Assembly (NCBI RefSeq): GCF_018977255.1 | Contig: NW_024704742.1 | Span: 126,666,001 to 126,730,000, forward strand | DNA length: 64,000 bases | Direction of reading: 5' to 3' | From: Callorhinchus milii | Taxonomy: Eukaryota | Part shown: positions 1 through 13,917 of the stretch, piece by piece | Layout of the letters: every line of letters begins with the position of its first letter | How positions within the stretch are numbered: position 1 is the stretch's first letter | Made by a program: the position numbers and the translations under genes | The notes under the pieces: generated by a model | The model's input: only the letters and a program-made list of their open reading frames with translations | What the model was told of the DNA's origin: nothing | Databases searched by the model: none

Positions 1-772
1 TTATAAAAACTTTTTATGTACAGGATTATCGCAACAAAAAATACCAATGAAGTTAATCACAATTTAATATAATAGCATATAACTACACATTGCTCAACTA
101 TTCATTGTTATTTAAACTTCAGTAGCTGCAGTTTGCGGCTGTTTTTTTCAAAGACACAGTGATTCTTAAAATTCCCTCTCTTTTGCATTTTGTTTGCAGA
201 CCTCTGGGCAATATTATTCTATACCTTGTCACAAAGATCACACAGGAACAGCCTGGAGTGACTTGACTCCTTTTCCCTGAGGTAAGGTCTCTGTGCACCC
301 ACATGAAGATCTACCTATTGATGCAATTGTAGCTGTGTGAACCTATGCCACAAGCAGCATAGACTTGTCTGCATAAGCTTACATTATCCAACTGTTTGAC
401 CTCACTATTATCATATTGTTAACCCTTAGAGAAATTAAAACAAGTAACAATTACTGCTCGAAGTGCCATCTACATCAAGTTCCTAAATAAGATTATGTCT
501 TCCTAATATTTAAAAATTTAATTTCTCGATTATTTTAAATTGCCTAGTTCCAAACATGTTATAAAACAGCGTCAATTTGCATATGGTAAACGTAACTGCT
601 TTCGGAAACTATTTGTTAAACAGAAGAATTAGTAAAGAGAAAGAAGAACAGAATATTAATATATTAAGCAAAGAAAAGCGTGCCTCGGTCAGCAGATCTA
701 AATACATTCAATTTTAACAACATCCACACACTATATTGTATAACGTTCTAAATGCATAAAAAAAAACTGCAC

Positions 773-964
773 CATATAACTTTGAACGTAAATGGTTAAC
801 ACCACTTAGGCCAGAGAATTCCAGATAGGCATTCTTCCTAGTCATCCCAGCACCTGACAGTTTAGGATCCAAATTATTGACAAATCCAGTCACACGACCA
901 TGAGTGAGAGGATTTCTTCTCCGATATTCCCTCCACTTTAATGTCTGAGGTGAAAGGTGGTTAG
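773..964 (-). CDS. RUSC2: RUSC2 (iporin) coding exon 3 in window; gene continues beyond position 1
   Basis: Translates ANHLSPQTLKWREYRRRNPLT...LEFSGLSGVNHLRSKLYG, resembling vertebrate RUSC2 HLSPQALKWREYRRKNPLG...HLNCRLNG (recalled). Acceptor ttccag| at 965-966, donor |gtgcag at 771-772 (weak); 192 nt, phase 1/1. Confidence 0.85.
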
Positions 965-1942
965 CTGGAACACACAGCAGATGAAAAAGATAGAAGAAGC
1001 AAGAGAGATTTAGTGAATTAAAGAGTAAATCTAGTAAACATTCCACTGAATATTTATCATCAGATGGTGAGAAATTCATACAGCCTTAACTTTGAAGCTG
1101 GGTTTGTGTAAATTCTTGTAAGTACTGCAGAAAACTGACTGAATTTAACAATTTGCGAAACTGTGGATGCTCAAAAATGCTACATAGAAGAATCTCGACC
1201 CAGGTAAAATTTCTCCCCAAGAGTGCTTAGCTAATGCTCACAATCGATGGTATTTAACACAAAGCTTTTGAGTATCACTCACTCAAAAGTAAGTTATCTA
1301 ACAGAATGAACAAATTATGAATGATTATAGAATATTAAATCTTCACATCAATTCAGAAACTTTGTGATTGAAATTATGCATAAAGTAACATTATTTTCTG
1401 AAAAAAATGTTTAACGTGCTGATTGTCACCCTCCTTTTGGGTAGTTTTGGTTGGTAAAGATCACCTTCAAATGTCTTTACAGATGCATTTCCAGTGATTT
1501 TGTGGTCAAATATGCAGATATTTAATAGGATTTGTAAAATTGAATGCTGAAGCCAATCAGATGAGCGTCACGTCAACTTAAGAGAGAATGCCTTTCCAAC
1601 ACTCTCCTACCAGTCTTCTTTGATCCAAATTCTTGGAGCCAAATTCTCACAGGCCTGCGTTGTTGACAGGATTTGATACACTGTTTTTCTGAACCTTTAA
1701 TCAATCCTATTACTCAGCTTGCATTTTTACTCTAACATTTTGGTAAAGAAAGCATTGCTGTCACCGTTTCAGTGAAGAAAGTAGCCTGGTTTCTTGTCAA
1801 ACCATTGACTTACACACTCTGGTACGAGTTACATAATAAGTTAATTTAACATGGTAATTGCAGCTACTACTCCGAATTGTGTTGTTATAAATTACAACTG
1901 GGATGCTATAATTATTTTGAAGAAAATAAATAAGACATATAC

Positions 1943-2734
1943 CAGCAATGGAGCTTGATGCCAAGCTGTTTATCTGCCCTGATTTTCCACCTTGACCTCG
2001 GTTATCTCTCTGGTAATCTAGAGGCCTCCTGACACTACTTGATGTTAAGCTAGTAGATGGTAGGAACACATTTTGATGTGGACAATAACTGGACATCTGT
2101 GCAGTCTGAAAGTATCCTTGTTCCTTCTTCTGCGTTTCCTTGGGACTCTTTCTTCCCTGCCTACCTACATCACTGGTCTGTCCAAGTTGACCTTTATGAG
2201 GTGAAGCAACACTTCGTGGTGGGGAAGACCGCCCTGGAAGAAGACTAGCAGATAAGGGGCAAGATTTGCTTCGTGGAGGGTGGCTAACATCATTTCTTTC
2301 TGGTGAGAGAATAGAAGAGGACGAATCTCCACTCTGTAAGACAACTGGATTGCTCCTGACTGGTGAGTAACTGCCCAGTGGTGATGGCCTAATTGCATCT
2401 GGAGCAGGTCTCCTCAAACCGTAATCATTTATCGGTAGAGAGCTTCCCTGTGTTTCATCTTCAAAGCCTTTTTGTGCCTGACCTGCAATATTCTCAAGCG
2501 ATGCCGTACCAGCAGAAGAACTAGAAGTGCAAGTTGAATGTTCATTTGTTGTCAGTTGACTATTTGGAATACTGTACATGTACGAGACAGAAGATGCACT
2601 GTGATTTTGGACTGGGCGAATCCTGGGAAGCTGCTTGCTCAACGGATGATGAAGGATGAAAGGTTGAATAGGCAAAGTAGTTGGCCGCTGCTCCTTACTG
2701 TAACGGATAACTCCCTTGGCTTCTGCTCCACCAC
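1943..2734 (-). CDS. RUSC2: RUSC2 coding exon 2 in window
   Basis: GGAEAKGVIRYSKEQRPTTLPIQPF, RPSPLGSYSPVRS and RSKSCP motifs typical of RUSC2. Acceptor ttgtag| at 2735-2736, donor |gtatat at 1941-1942; 792 nt, phase 1/1, joins both neighbouring exons in frame. Confidence 0.88.
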
Positions 2735-5700
2735 CTACAACAGCAAAGTAGACAAAGGACAGAGGAAAGAAAGAAATAAATAAGGCCAGAAGCAATAGAA
2801 AAAGGCAGCAAAGGACAGATTACTTTTCCCAAGCATTAAAACGTTATTTGACAGAAATTACAGATAGGAAAGTGAAACAGAAACATGGATGGAACAGTTT
2901 CATGACAAAATTGTTTCCAGTGATTAGTTTTAAAGTAAAGCTCAAAATGCTAAACAATAGCACCCTGATCTTTTGTTAATTTTATTGTTTAAGAAGCTAG
3001 TCATAATTTCCAATATGATGAATTTCCAAACTGAAATGTACCATCGGGGGAGGTAGCGAGTAAAGGCCAGGAACACCCACACAGGATTTGAGCCATTATC
3101 TGCAAAATTGGATAGTCAGAATATTCCCTGTAGTGTAAAACCACCTCCTTTACAAATACTGTAATTTATGTCAGCAATTTCAAGACGGAATTAGACAGCT
3201 AGTTGGTTAAAAATTCAAGAGAATTGTATGAAAGATAAAGTTGTATGGAATTTTTTTTAATATAAAAAGTTTTACTTTGGGACCATCCAGATTGATGGCA
3301 ATAGTCTTTTCTGGTCCATTAAATTCCTCTGTTCTACTCCTGACTTTGTAGTCACACATTTCACATTCTACAAAAATCCCACAGATCATGAGTCATACAT
3401 TCAGAAAACAACAAATTGTATTCATAAAGTGCCATTCACATCCCAAGGTGCTGGACAATTGAAGATTGTCACCCAAGCTGATGGATGGATTTGAGAGGGG
3501 TAAGAGCCAAGGGGGTGTGGACGACAGAAGGTGCAGTCAAAGAGGGCAGTCTTGAGACAGATCTTGAAGGAGGTAAGAGAAGGGGCGAGGTGAAGGGATT
3601 CTGGATTTTGAGCTCCAGAGAATGGAGCAGACAGGCTGAAAAATGTTTTGTGTCAAAACAGACGTAAACACCACTCCAAATAAATTGTTTTATTAGAACA
3701 ACTTATACTATATAGCCCCAATAATGTAGAAGCGCGACACAAAATGCCAAACAATGGAAGCTGTGGAACACAAGAGTTGTTGCATTTAGGAGGAAGCAAA
3801 ATATACACATGAGGGAGGAGGAAATAGAAGTTTATGGGAGGAAGTAAGCAAAGGGTGGAGACTCATGTGGAATATATGAATACTGTCACGGACGAATGGC
3901 CTCTGGGACTCTACTCTGCGTGAGGGATGTGATATACGTGCAAATTGTTGTTGTTGTTTCCTTGCTGTGCATTCTATGTAAGTCTATGGAAGAGTTCAAA
4001 GAAGATGTGGAATAGGAGAGGATTACACAGAGGGGGAGGAGTGAGACCATGCAGAGATTTGAAAATAAGGTTCTTGAAGTCAAACTTTGGGGAACAGTAA
4101 GCCAGTACAGCATGGTAAACACAGGATGATAGAAATGCAAGAAAATTTACAGGGCAGGACTTAGGGTGGACTGAAGTTAGTGAAGAGTGGAGCCTAGGAA
4201 GAGACCATTTACAGCATAGATTTCCGCTTTGTAATCAAAATTTTGTATGATAAATTCTAATTATTCCCACAAGTATAATACTTTGTTTCATATTATACAT
4301 TTTATGAAATAATCACCGTCTCTGAATGCTACATTTTGTTTACCATTTTGCCATTGCTGGCTGGCTGAAATCAACTGAAGTGTTGTAAAGTAAAAGAGAA
4401 TTTCCTACTCAAAACATTTTACTATCGTTGCAAAAGCAGTAGTTTCAGCTTTTGTCACTTGTGTCTGTCCGCTAGTACATGCCAGAGGCAAGTACGCACC
4501 TAAATGGAATTGCTGACAACTGTTGTCATTACTTTCCCTGCTGATATAAACGGCAGGGAATATTTGAGTAGAAATATTTGTATTATACATTTTGGCTTTG
4601 TAGCTTGTTGAAAATGGTTCATAGCACTACAGTTAAAAATAGACAATTGTTCAGGTTGTTAAAAATGTTTGCCACTTTTATCTTCAGTAGGATCAACATA
4701 GAAGGGTGGTGTCTCTGGCTGTGGATATGAACTTTCTGTATTTGTTTCATTACCCGGAAACAGAAAATGTTTTGGCAGTAAATGGAAGTTGGCAGATAAC
4801 ATTTGCTAGGTTGTGTGCTCTTTTCCCCACGCTATCTCTATTCAGAATTTATAGATCTGGAAAAACAGATATAGGACTTGCCCAGGTGAGGCCCTGTGTC
4901 AGCTGAAACTGAATACAAGGAATGTGGAAAAGTGATGGCTTTTGCGCAAGGAGGCACTGCTACAAACATACCTGAAGCTAAGTACAGCTTCAGATCTGAA
5001 ACTGGATAAAATTAAGATGTCTGATTGAAAGATAGAAGGTACATATCAGGGTTGTGAAGAGCAATTTTTGACAGGTCCCAAGAAGTAAAAATAATAATAA
5101 TAATCCTTGCATTTGATATAGCGCCTTATTACAATGTTGAGATGTCTCAAAGCACTTCACAGAATATATTGTAAAGCGAATTGACTGTGTATTTTGAGGG
5201 CGAAATGCGACAGCCAATTGCACACAGCAGTGTCCCAGGACATTCAAAAATTGGAAAGGGTTATCACAAAAGAGGTTTGGATGAAGAACGCTCATGAAGA
5301 ACACATCGTTCCACAAAAGAATAATGCTCATATCAGTGGTACAGCTATGAAATTGCTTTCTTCTGTGTTACAATTTCTATGCTTCTATGTTTATACTGAC
5401 TACAAAAGATGGTTAAAAGGTTTTCCCATGAAAGCATCAGGCTGTTACCTAAGAGCCCAGCATCCTGGCCTTAGCATTCCTTCTTGAAACCCCATTTAGT
5501 AGTTAATTACTCTCTATATATAAATTTGTTAAAAATGCACGACTGTTTGAGGGACACTGCTGTGCGCAATTGGTTGACGCGTTTTGCCCACAAAATATAC
5601 ATTCAATTCACTTTACAGTATATTCTGTGAAGCGCTTTGAGAAGTCTCAACGACATGATAAGGTGCTGCATCAAGTGCAAAGATTATTATTGTATAACTG

Positions 5701-6911
5701 GATAATTCTTTGTATCTGTCCTGAAATTGCCCTTCACAACTGTAAGCATATGCTCTCTTGTCCTGTGTAAATGGCATATCTGAAACTATTATAGTGATTT
5801 ACTTTATTAATCCTATTTAATATCCTATATTTTTCCAAAACCTACTCTCTGAGGTCTCCTTTTCCTGGCTGAAGAACCCTATCTTTTTTACAAGCTCACA
5901 ACTCATCCCTCTAATGGGGTTATCCTTGTTGTTCTCTGCACTGCCTCTAGGGAGTAGGCAACCAGAAATATAAGCAGTACTCTAAGCATTGCCGGAACAA
6001 AACATTGAACATATTTAGGATATGGCTTGAAGCTATAATGGGTAGATGACAGGGTTGCTCTTATGGAAGATGGAGATCAAATAACCCCAAAAGTCTTCAT
6101 CAAAACCTCTTTTTTGATCTTACTAAAGAGCTTCCATCTTGAATCATAAATTCTTTAATATATTGTGTAGCAAGAAACTAGTTTAATACTATGTAAGATA
6201 ACATATTCCTGTAATGACTTAGCTCAAGGATCCTGGAACGTTGCTTTGGAACATCTATATGAATCCTACCACTTTTAACATAAGAAAAATGGAGAATGAC
6301 ATAGCTATTTTGCCCCATTTCAGCTGCATCTTGGGAAACTAAAGCCTCTAAAATGTTAATAAGGTAAGAAAAGTGTGTTTGTTTTAGACGCTATCCCATG
6401 TGAAGATCGCTATATAAATACAAGTTGTTGTTTTACTTTAGAATACCAAACTGCCCCATTTAGAAACAATTGAATTAGCTCATTCATGTTAGAGTCAAAG
6501 TAAGAGTTTGTTAAGGTCATTAATATTGCTCGTCACCATTTTCTGTCTTGTTAATCTCGAGTTCTAATAAAACAATTAAGTCCTGCATGTAAAGTACAAA
6601 ATATCCACAAAGGATATTGCTGTTAAGGAACAAAAGTATACAGTTCTGTCTCCCTCAACTACCTGGGCACAAATCCAGCTAAGAGTGATGAGTTAGAAGT
6701 TTCTGGTGGCAACTACTGTAAAAGGATGCTTTGTGAAATACATTTGGGCAATCTCAAACCAATTTATAGTGGCATTGGTGCAAAGCATTGGTTATTACAA
6801 CATGAAATACTTTACCACAAGTGGCTATTGATGCTGAAGCCATTACAGCTTTTAAAAAGTACAGTAATTGGATAAATCTTTGGAAAGGAAAAATATAAAA
6901 GGATACAGGTA

Positions 6912-7165
6912 AAGAAATATAGGAACAGGAGTAGGCCATTCAGCCCTTCGAACTTGTTCTGCCATTCTATAGGATCATGGCTGATCTGTACCTCAAGTCT
7001 AATTATCCGCCCTTGTCCCTTATCCTTTAATACCCTAACAAATATCTATCCACCCCAGTCTTGAAAATGTGAATGGATCCAGGATCCACAGCCCTTTGGA
7101 GGAGAGAGTTCCAGATTTACACTACCTTTTGGGTAAAAAATTGCCTCCTAATTTCACTCCTAAAC
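6912..7165 (-). mobile_element. CR1 3' end fragment (similar decayed pieces at ~5700-6030, 14470-14700, 29325-29950, 53460-53790, 57600-58300, 61815-62220)
   Basis: gaaatataggaacaggagtaggccattcagccc...gagagagttccagatt, the reverse complement of a CR1-type 3' end. Confidence 0.7.
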
Positions 7166-7663
7166 GGATTGGTATAATAACTTGTTAAGAGCAGATATTA
7201 GTATCAGAGTTGTTAGCTCCAGTGGATAAGGTGGCATCAATTAGGCTTGATGAGCTGAATAGACTCTTGTATCTTCTATGATTCAAAGCACAAAGCTTTC
7301 TTTAAATGGACAACCTCAGATAAGTCACATGGAATCATGGTGTTGGAAATGCAAAAATTGCACTAGCATAGAAAGAGGTTTTACTCTCTGTCTATGAGGT
7401 CCTCCATATCTGAACAAAGTGTCTTGACACACACCCTACGAATGGCCATTCGGATGAGATACTGGAGTCTGCCAGCACCCCAATAAGAGGCTCAGAGCCT
7501 TTAGCAGAAAAGCAGACACAATTGGTTAAAATATAACACTTTTTTATTTTATAGGAAAAACTTTGCTGTAAAGAGGCTATGACGAGAAAACAAATGCACA
7601 ATAGCAGTTGCTTTTGACCATATTAAGAGAGAGACACACACACGTTTAGAAGATCTATCTTAC

Positions 7664-9611
7664 CTTCTGCTTTCACTCCACCATCAAAAGAAGCACCGTT
7701 TGCCATCTGGTTATGGAATGTATTTATTGGTTCCAGTTTCTGAGTGGCTTCTTCAGAATGTTGGGTTCTGCAGGACATCTTATTTTCCAGGTGATCTGTT
7801 TCATACACATTTTTGCTGCCCTTTTTGTTGAAACGATGAATAAAAGGTGCGCCACATGAGGCTGTCAAATCCACCCTTGTGGATGAGATCCCAGGCAGAC
7901 TGTGGTAATGGTCTTCGTCTAGATTAAGAAATACATGATTTTCTTTCTGATTTTCCAATATTGGAGAAAACTCCAGAGACGACTCTCCACTGGATTTCAA
8001 CGGTGGTGAGTTCCCGCTCCGCTTCCTGGTTCGAGCTATTTCAGCAAATGAAGTGACTCGTCTCGGTGGTGATCTCTGAGATGTCCCAGATTGACCATCA
8101 CTAAGCTTGCCCGGGCAGCTATACATGCGTTCCAACGATCCTAGCCGAGGAGAAGGGCTCTTATCTAGATTGCGATCGTAACTCCTTGATCTCTGCCTGC
8201 CAGCAGTGTTCGATGCAGCAACATTCACATACACTTGACCTTCAATGAGATCTTCAGTAGTTTCCACCATTGCTGTCTCCTCAACACACTCCTCAATTCT
8301 GTTATCCTTTTTCATATCTTCTGGTTTCTGGAAGAGATAATACTCTGTAGGTTGGCCAGGACTTGTACTTTTTGTGTGTTCCTCTGAGCAGCTTGTAATT
8401 GAAGACTCTACTGGGCTGGGGGTAGACTGAGAAGACAAGTCACAAGTCACTAATTTATAATAGTTTTGTGTTGCAACAACCAGTCTTGCGTGACTTTGAA
8501 AGCATGCAGTGAAATCAGAATTTTCTGAAGAACAGGGCATATTTTCACACGGTAGATGATATGAATTGCAGTTGGCATCAAGAGCTGGCGAACATCGCTG
8601 ATGGCATGAACAGGTTGTCATAACACTGTCTTCATTGTGAATCTCACATGAATTCTTTGGTTCATTGGGCGATGAATGTAGATCCAAGTAGAATGCTCCC
8701 ATCTCTGGATGACCACAATAAGAAGAGTCATGGGACACATTACCCAAGCTCAAGTTAGACTTTGACTGGCTTTTCATCTTATTGTAGATTGCAGTAAAGT
8801 TGACCAGCACACCATCAGAACTGTTACATGATGAATCACTGTTGTAAGTCATATGCTGATTGTCTATTATCTCAGATTGATCTGAAAAGATACCTCTGTT
8901 TTGTTGGATATCTAGGCTAGAACTGCTACATGTTCTACTCTCTAGTAAATCTTGCTTTCTGAATGATCCATCTGGGCTGCTGTCCAAGCCTTGATCACAA
9001 TCAAAGAATAAGGATGAACTGCTACCGTTATTATAATTGCACATTGGTAGCTCCAATTGATCATCTGAAGGTGGTCTTGACATGATGATTTGATTTGACG
9101 TCTTGCCGTCAGCTATACCATTCTGCTCTTCTTGACCCTCCGCAATCCCTTGTCTGCTGGCCAGGCTCCATTGCTTTGTGATGTTTTCAATGCCATGTAG
9201 GTGAAATGGTTGTTCATGCAGAGGAAATGGTGGTTTATTCATGTTCCTATTCTTCTGAAGATGGAAGGAACTGTGACTGGAGTTTTCTGGGCCAATGTAC
9301 TCATTGAGAATGAATGAATTGTGCTGTTCACCGCCTGTTCCTTTTAAGTCAGGATGCCGGACTTCAATTTCATCTGAAGCACCAAAGGGTAAACATGAGG
9401 CCTGAATTAAGCTGCTATAAACTAATGTCTCCTTCTGAAGTAGGTCTTTCTCTGGTAGAGAAGTAGTCCTTGTGATTCCTAGATCAGTATGGCAGAAAGG
9501 GTTTGATCGTTTGCCCATACTACAGCACTGTCTGTCTGGAATCTGGCAATGAACAAGGGGAATGTGATGTACAATCAGCGTTTCCCCTGTTAGTTTGGGC
9601 GGGCTGTCCAT
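7664..9611 (-). CDS. RUSC2: RUSC2 first coding exon (large N-terminal low-complexity region); exon begins at 9710 in the 5' UTR
   Basis: Starts MDSPPKLTGETLIVHHIPLVHCQ (RUSC2 N-terminus); also DSSCNSSDGVLVNF, ARLVVATQNYYKLVTCDLSSQS, RSRSYDR, RVTSFAEIA. Strong Kozak cagcATGG; acceptor tttttcag| at 9711-9712; donor AG|gtaaga at 7662-7663. Confidence 0.95.
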
Positions 9612-9625
9612 GCTGTCTTAGGTCA

Positions 9626-9694
9626 TCAGCCGAGCTGGACAGAATATACAGAACCTTTTGTGGTCATACAGACCGTCATTAACATACAATTCAT
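9626..9694 (-). other. Upstream ORF (22 aa, MNCMLMTVCMTTKGSVYSVQLG*) in the RUSC2 5' UTR, overlapped at its stop by a mini-uORF ATG ACC TAA (9626-9618)
   Basis: Read directly from the minus strand between the acceptor (9710) and the main ATG (9611). First ATG is in ACCATGA context; four ATGs share the frame. Confidence 0.7.
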
Positions 9695-12600
9695 GGTGTA
9701 GATTGGAAGCCTGAAAAAGGAATACACAAAACAGAAAAATGTGAGCCCTTGCATTACATGTAAATAGTATCTTATGGGTAGCAGCCAAAACAACAATACA
9801 CAATAACAACAACTTGCGTTTATATAGTGCCTTTCACACCGGAGGACATCCCAAGACCTCTCCTACCAATATAGGACAGGGTAAATCACGTCCACCTGTA
9901 GTCATTTGTCAATTGTCATTAGTTATCAACTGGTGCATTGACCACACAAATCCCATTACCCCACTTTTTCTCCCTGACCCTTAATATCATTACTTGAAGT
10001 ATTGCCCAATTGCCTTATTCACACCTTCGTCATCCTATGATTTTCACCCTACAGAAACTGAAGTAGGTCATTCAACTCCATAAGCCTATTCTACCATTTT
10101 ATTAGATCAAGGTGGATCTTTTAATCCTATTCACCCTATTCAAGAAAGTATAATTTTTTTCCAAGTATCAATTAATCTCCCACTCCTGATAATAATCCCT
10201 CAAGAAAAAATAAAATAAAATTGGTCACTTCAATCCACGACTGTTTGTGGGACACTGCTGTGCGCAATTGGCTGCCACGTTTCGCCCACAAATATACAGT
10301 CAATTCACTTTACAGTATATTCTGTGAAGCGCTTTGAGAGTCTAGAAGACGTGAAAAGCACTATATCAAATGCCAGGATTATTATTATTATTATTTAAAG
10401 TTTGCAATCGATTTGGCATCTACAGCCTGCTGGGGCAGTGCATTCAAATTAGTTTGTTTTTATTTTCTGTACAATATAAATAACGATTATTACTGGACAC
10501 CTACATAGCAGGGGCAATGATCGCGAAAGAGACTGTGGCTTTTTGTTTCCCCTCTTTTTTGTACAGATGGTATTTATCTGCCTGATCTAAGCTACATGCC
10601 TATCTGCAGCTGCCTAAGAGAAAGAAATTTCTTTGTTGTGCAATTGCAGCTTTTCCTGGCCCTTTTTGGTGCGACTTGCCTCATATAATTGATATCTGAT
10701 ATCATATAATTGATATCTGATCAATTATACATTACCAATAGGCACAATGGCAAATGTTTGGTTTTGCATAAAATAAAATAAATATTTTGGATATGTAAAC
10801 AGGCCCCATTGGGATTTATGTTTTTTAAAAAATGTGAATTCAGATACAAAGCAAATCAGGGTCTTCTTCAGATCAAAAATAAAAATGTTCAAAACATCGG
10901 GTTCAGTGGGGGTACAATAAGCAAATGAATGTGAAGAAACACACATAATGGCTTGTGATGTTATTGGGCATGAAATTCTAGAAATGATTTTAGTCCTAAG
11001 GGTCTCACACTCCCATTGTATTACCAACAATAACTTGCATTTATATAGCGCTGCTCATGCAGGCTAGCGTCCCAGAGCATTTGACAGTGGTGGAGCTCAA
11101 CGCCGAGCACTTTTGCTTCAGCACTGTACAGGTTCAAAGGTGCTGAAACCAATATCCAGCAAGAAGAGACTTCACAGTACTTTAGGAATTTTCATCGTCC
11201 TTTCTCATCTATTTTTGCTGCATATTTGCATTAGGGATTGTGGGCTTTTGTATGCAAATGTCAGCTGGCTCAAAGTGAAGGGCTTCTGTTAGCTTGTAGT
11301 TAAGTTTTTTTAATATTTTACTGTTTTTAAAAAATATTGCTACCTTTTCTGTCCATGCATCATTCTGTTTCATACACATTTGATACTGATTCTCAAACTG
11401 AGTGAATACTTCATGTTATCCCAACCTTTCAAAATAACACTTCTGCACATTCCTACTCAATTCTCTTAATTGTTTTTCATACAAATCATATTGAGATTGC
11501 CTGTCTGCATTCTTACTGGAGGATTTGCAGTGCATACATGCAGTGCAATATAGCACCTTCATCATAGGAAATAGCAGACAAATTACCATTGAACGCAGTA
11601 ACAGTAGTTTCAATTGAAACCATAAGGAGCAGTGTATTTCTGTTTAATCAGAATTACCACCAAAATGCAGGAACAATATCAGTGTTTTTCCATTTAGTTT
11701 AGTTGCGTCCCAATCTTGGAATTCAATTTTTTTTTGGGGGGAAAGGTCATTACATTTACTTCCAAATCAAAAGGTATAGACATAAATAAGATACCATAAT
11801 ATCACGCAGCATTTGTATGTGGGATACTTAATAATCCTTGCATATTGATGTCGTGCTTTATTATGTCTTCTCAATGTCTCAAAGCGCTTCACAAAATACA
11901 CTGTAAAGTGAATTGACTATGTTTTATGGGCGAAATTATAATTTGATTATAATGCTCACATCTCACCAAGCAATATTACTGACTCTGTGCAAATTAAAAA
12001 ACATACAAAGAGACACAGTAGTTCACACCTCCACTGTATACAAAAGCCTAATATTAAGATATTGAGATATAATATACTCCACGGTCATCTATCACTATGT
12101 TTAGATTGCAAATTGCAGCACTACAAATATTGGTTAACAAAACAGGTTTAACACAAGCAACATAAGAAAATAGTTAAAGACCATTTTGGAAAATGGATAA
12201 TACAGAATTGCTTGTACCCAGCAATACCATCACAAATTGCCACATCCCTTCAGCTTCCATATTACCCTTCAGCACAACGCCTTTGTTGTGCTCGGCACAT
12301 TTGCCACACACGAATAGGTAGGACAAAGCCTATTTTTAAATTTAAAAAGACTAGTCACATTACAAAGATAATTGACAGTAATTTAATCCCTGTGTTTTCC
12401 TTTGGCTTATAAAATGCTTGAGATTTATTCTTGGGAATTTAATGATGCAGTCAGTAAGGAGCTGACTGAATATTGTTTTAAAGCTCCACCCAGTGATACA
12501 GCATGGCAGCCTCACATGAGAAACATCCACAACACCAATGAAGGCAGTCAAATATCAGCCCACAACACTTTAACATCACCAGAGGGCACCTGCTATCCTC

Positions 12601-13917
12601 TGCACAGTAGATCTAAACATAACAGATCATTTCAGATCGCTCATTGTGAATGAAAATAATCAAAGCATCGTATTTTTGCATCTCCAGATTGTTATCATTG
12701 ACAGACCCTTCTGAAGGCACGGAGATTTAACATCAGGAATTGTAACAATCTCCAAAGCACAGTTTGAGTTGAGTCACTGAGCAAAAAAATATCCTGGGTG
12801 AACTAAAATCCCCATAATATCTTCTGACAATAAACAAACAATAGCCATGACAGAATGGTACTGTGGTGAACAGCACTGACACCCAGAGGTACAGCATGGC
12901 AGCTCCTGTACAAAACCGTTCTCCATCATGGAACGATGACAGCAACACATAAAGGAGTGGATCATATCATCTCAGTAATAAGGACACCATTTATTTATAC
13001 CATGGTTCATAAAATATTACAGAAATTTAATCTGTTGGATTCATTTAAATTGCTTCAGAGCATTCCTCTAATTGCCATAGGTTAACCTCTAGAAAATATT
13101 AGACAACGATTAAAACACTGGAAGGGGGAGGAAGTATGTCTCCACCCTGCCCTACCTTCTGCCCACGATCTCCTCTTCTTTCAAAATTTCTTCACAGATA
13201 AATTATCTTTCATCTTTCAATTATCTCCAGTAACGCTCGGCTTTCTTTTAAGCTGGCATTTCCATTTTCTGGTAGAGCAGCTTTTTGTTAGGCAGCAGCT
13301 TATTGCAATGCAGTAGACTGCGCAAACACACTGCTGCTGCTTGCTAGAAAGATCCGACGTCATCACTCAAGCAGGCAGGCCGGCCCACAGCCACTGAGGC
13401 TCGATAACTGCAATCAATGCCTCAGAGACCTTGGCATCCATATGTGCTGGGCGGTAAGGAAACAGGCCACGAATGTGAGAAAGGCAGCCTGAGAAATCAA
13501 ACCATTTCACCTGCCTTTGCTCCTCAACATTCAAATCCAGAATGTAAATCACACAACCATTTCAGACAAGCACAATTGAATGCAGATTTTAATCAGAAGC
13601 GTTGTTAATGCAAAACTTTGTAAATTTATCCCAAATCACCAAAACAAACCTTTACATTCAGGAGTCGAAAAAATTGGGGTATTCCTAAACATGTTGCGTT
13701 CCTTAATTAATGTACAAGGTTACATTCTGTTTTGAACCTCCGATTCCACACATTACGCTGAGGACAGGAGAGGGGAAGAATAAACCAGCTCCCAGGGTTA
13801 GTAAAAGGACGGTAGGGCCCGAAGATTTGATGCCTCCTGATTACAAAGTGGTGGTCATGTGCTAAAAATAGTATTCGAAACTAACTCAACTGGTATCCAG
13901 TAAAACAACACTCAAAT

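Noticed and set aside
119-304. 61 aa minus-strand ORF as the next RUSC2 exon
   Set aside because: No resemblance to the expected next RUSC2 segment (recalled as ...EKPPAEFCLSPDG...) and no convincing acceptor.
1797-2795. Full ORF-track extents of the RUSC2 and ATP8B ORFs
   Set aside because: They run through splice sites into introns; exons were trimmed to GT-AG boundaries with consistent phase.
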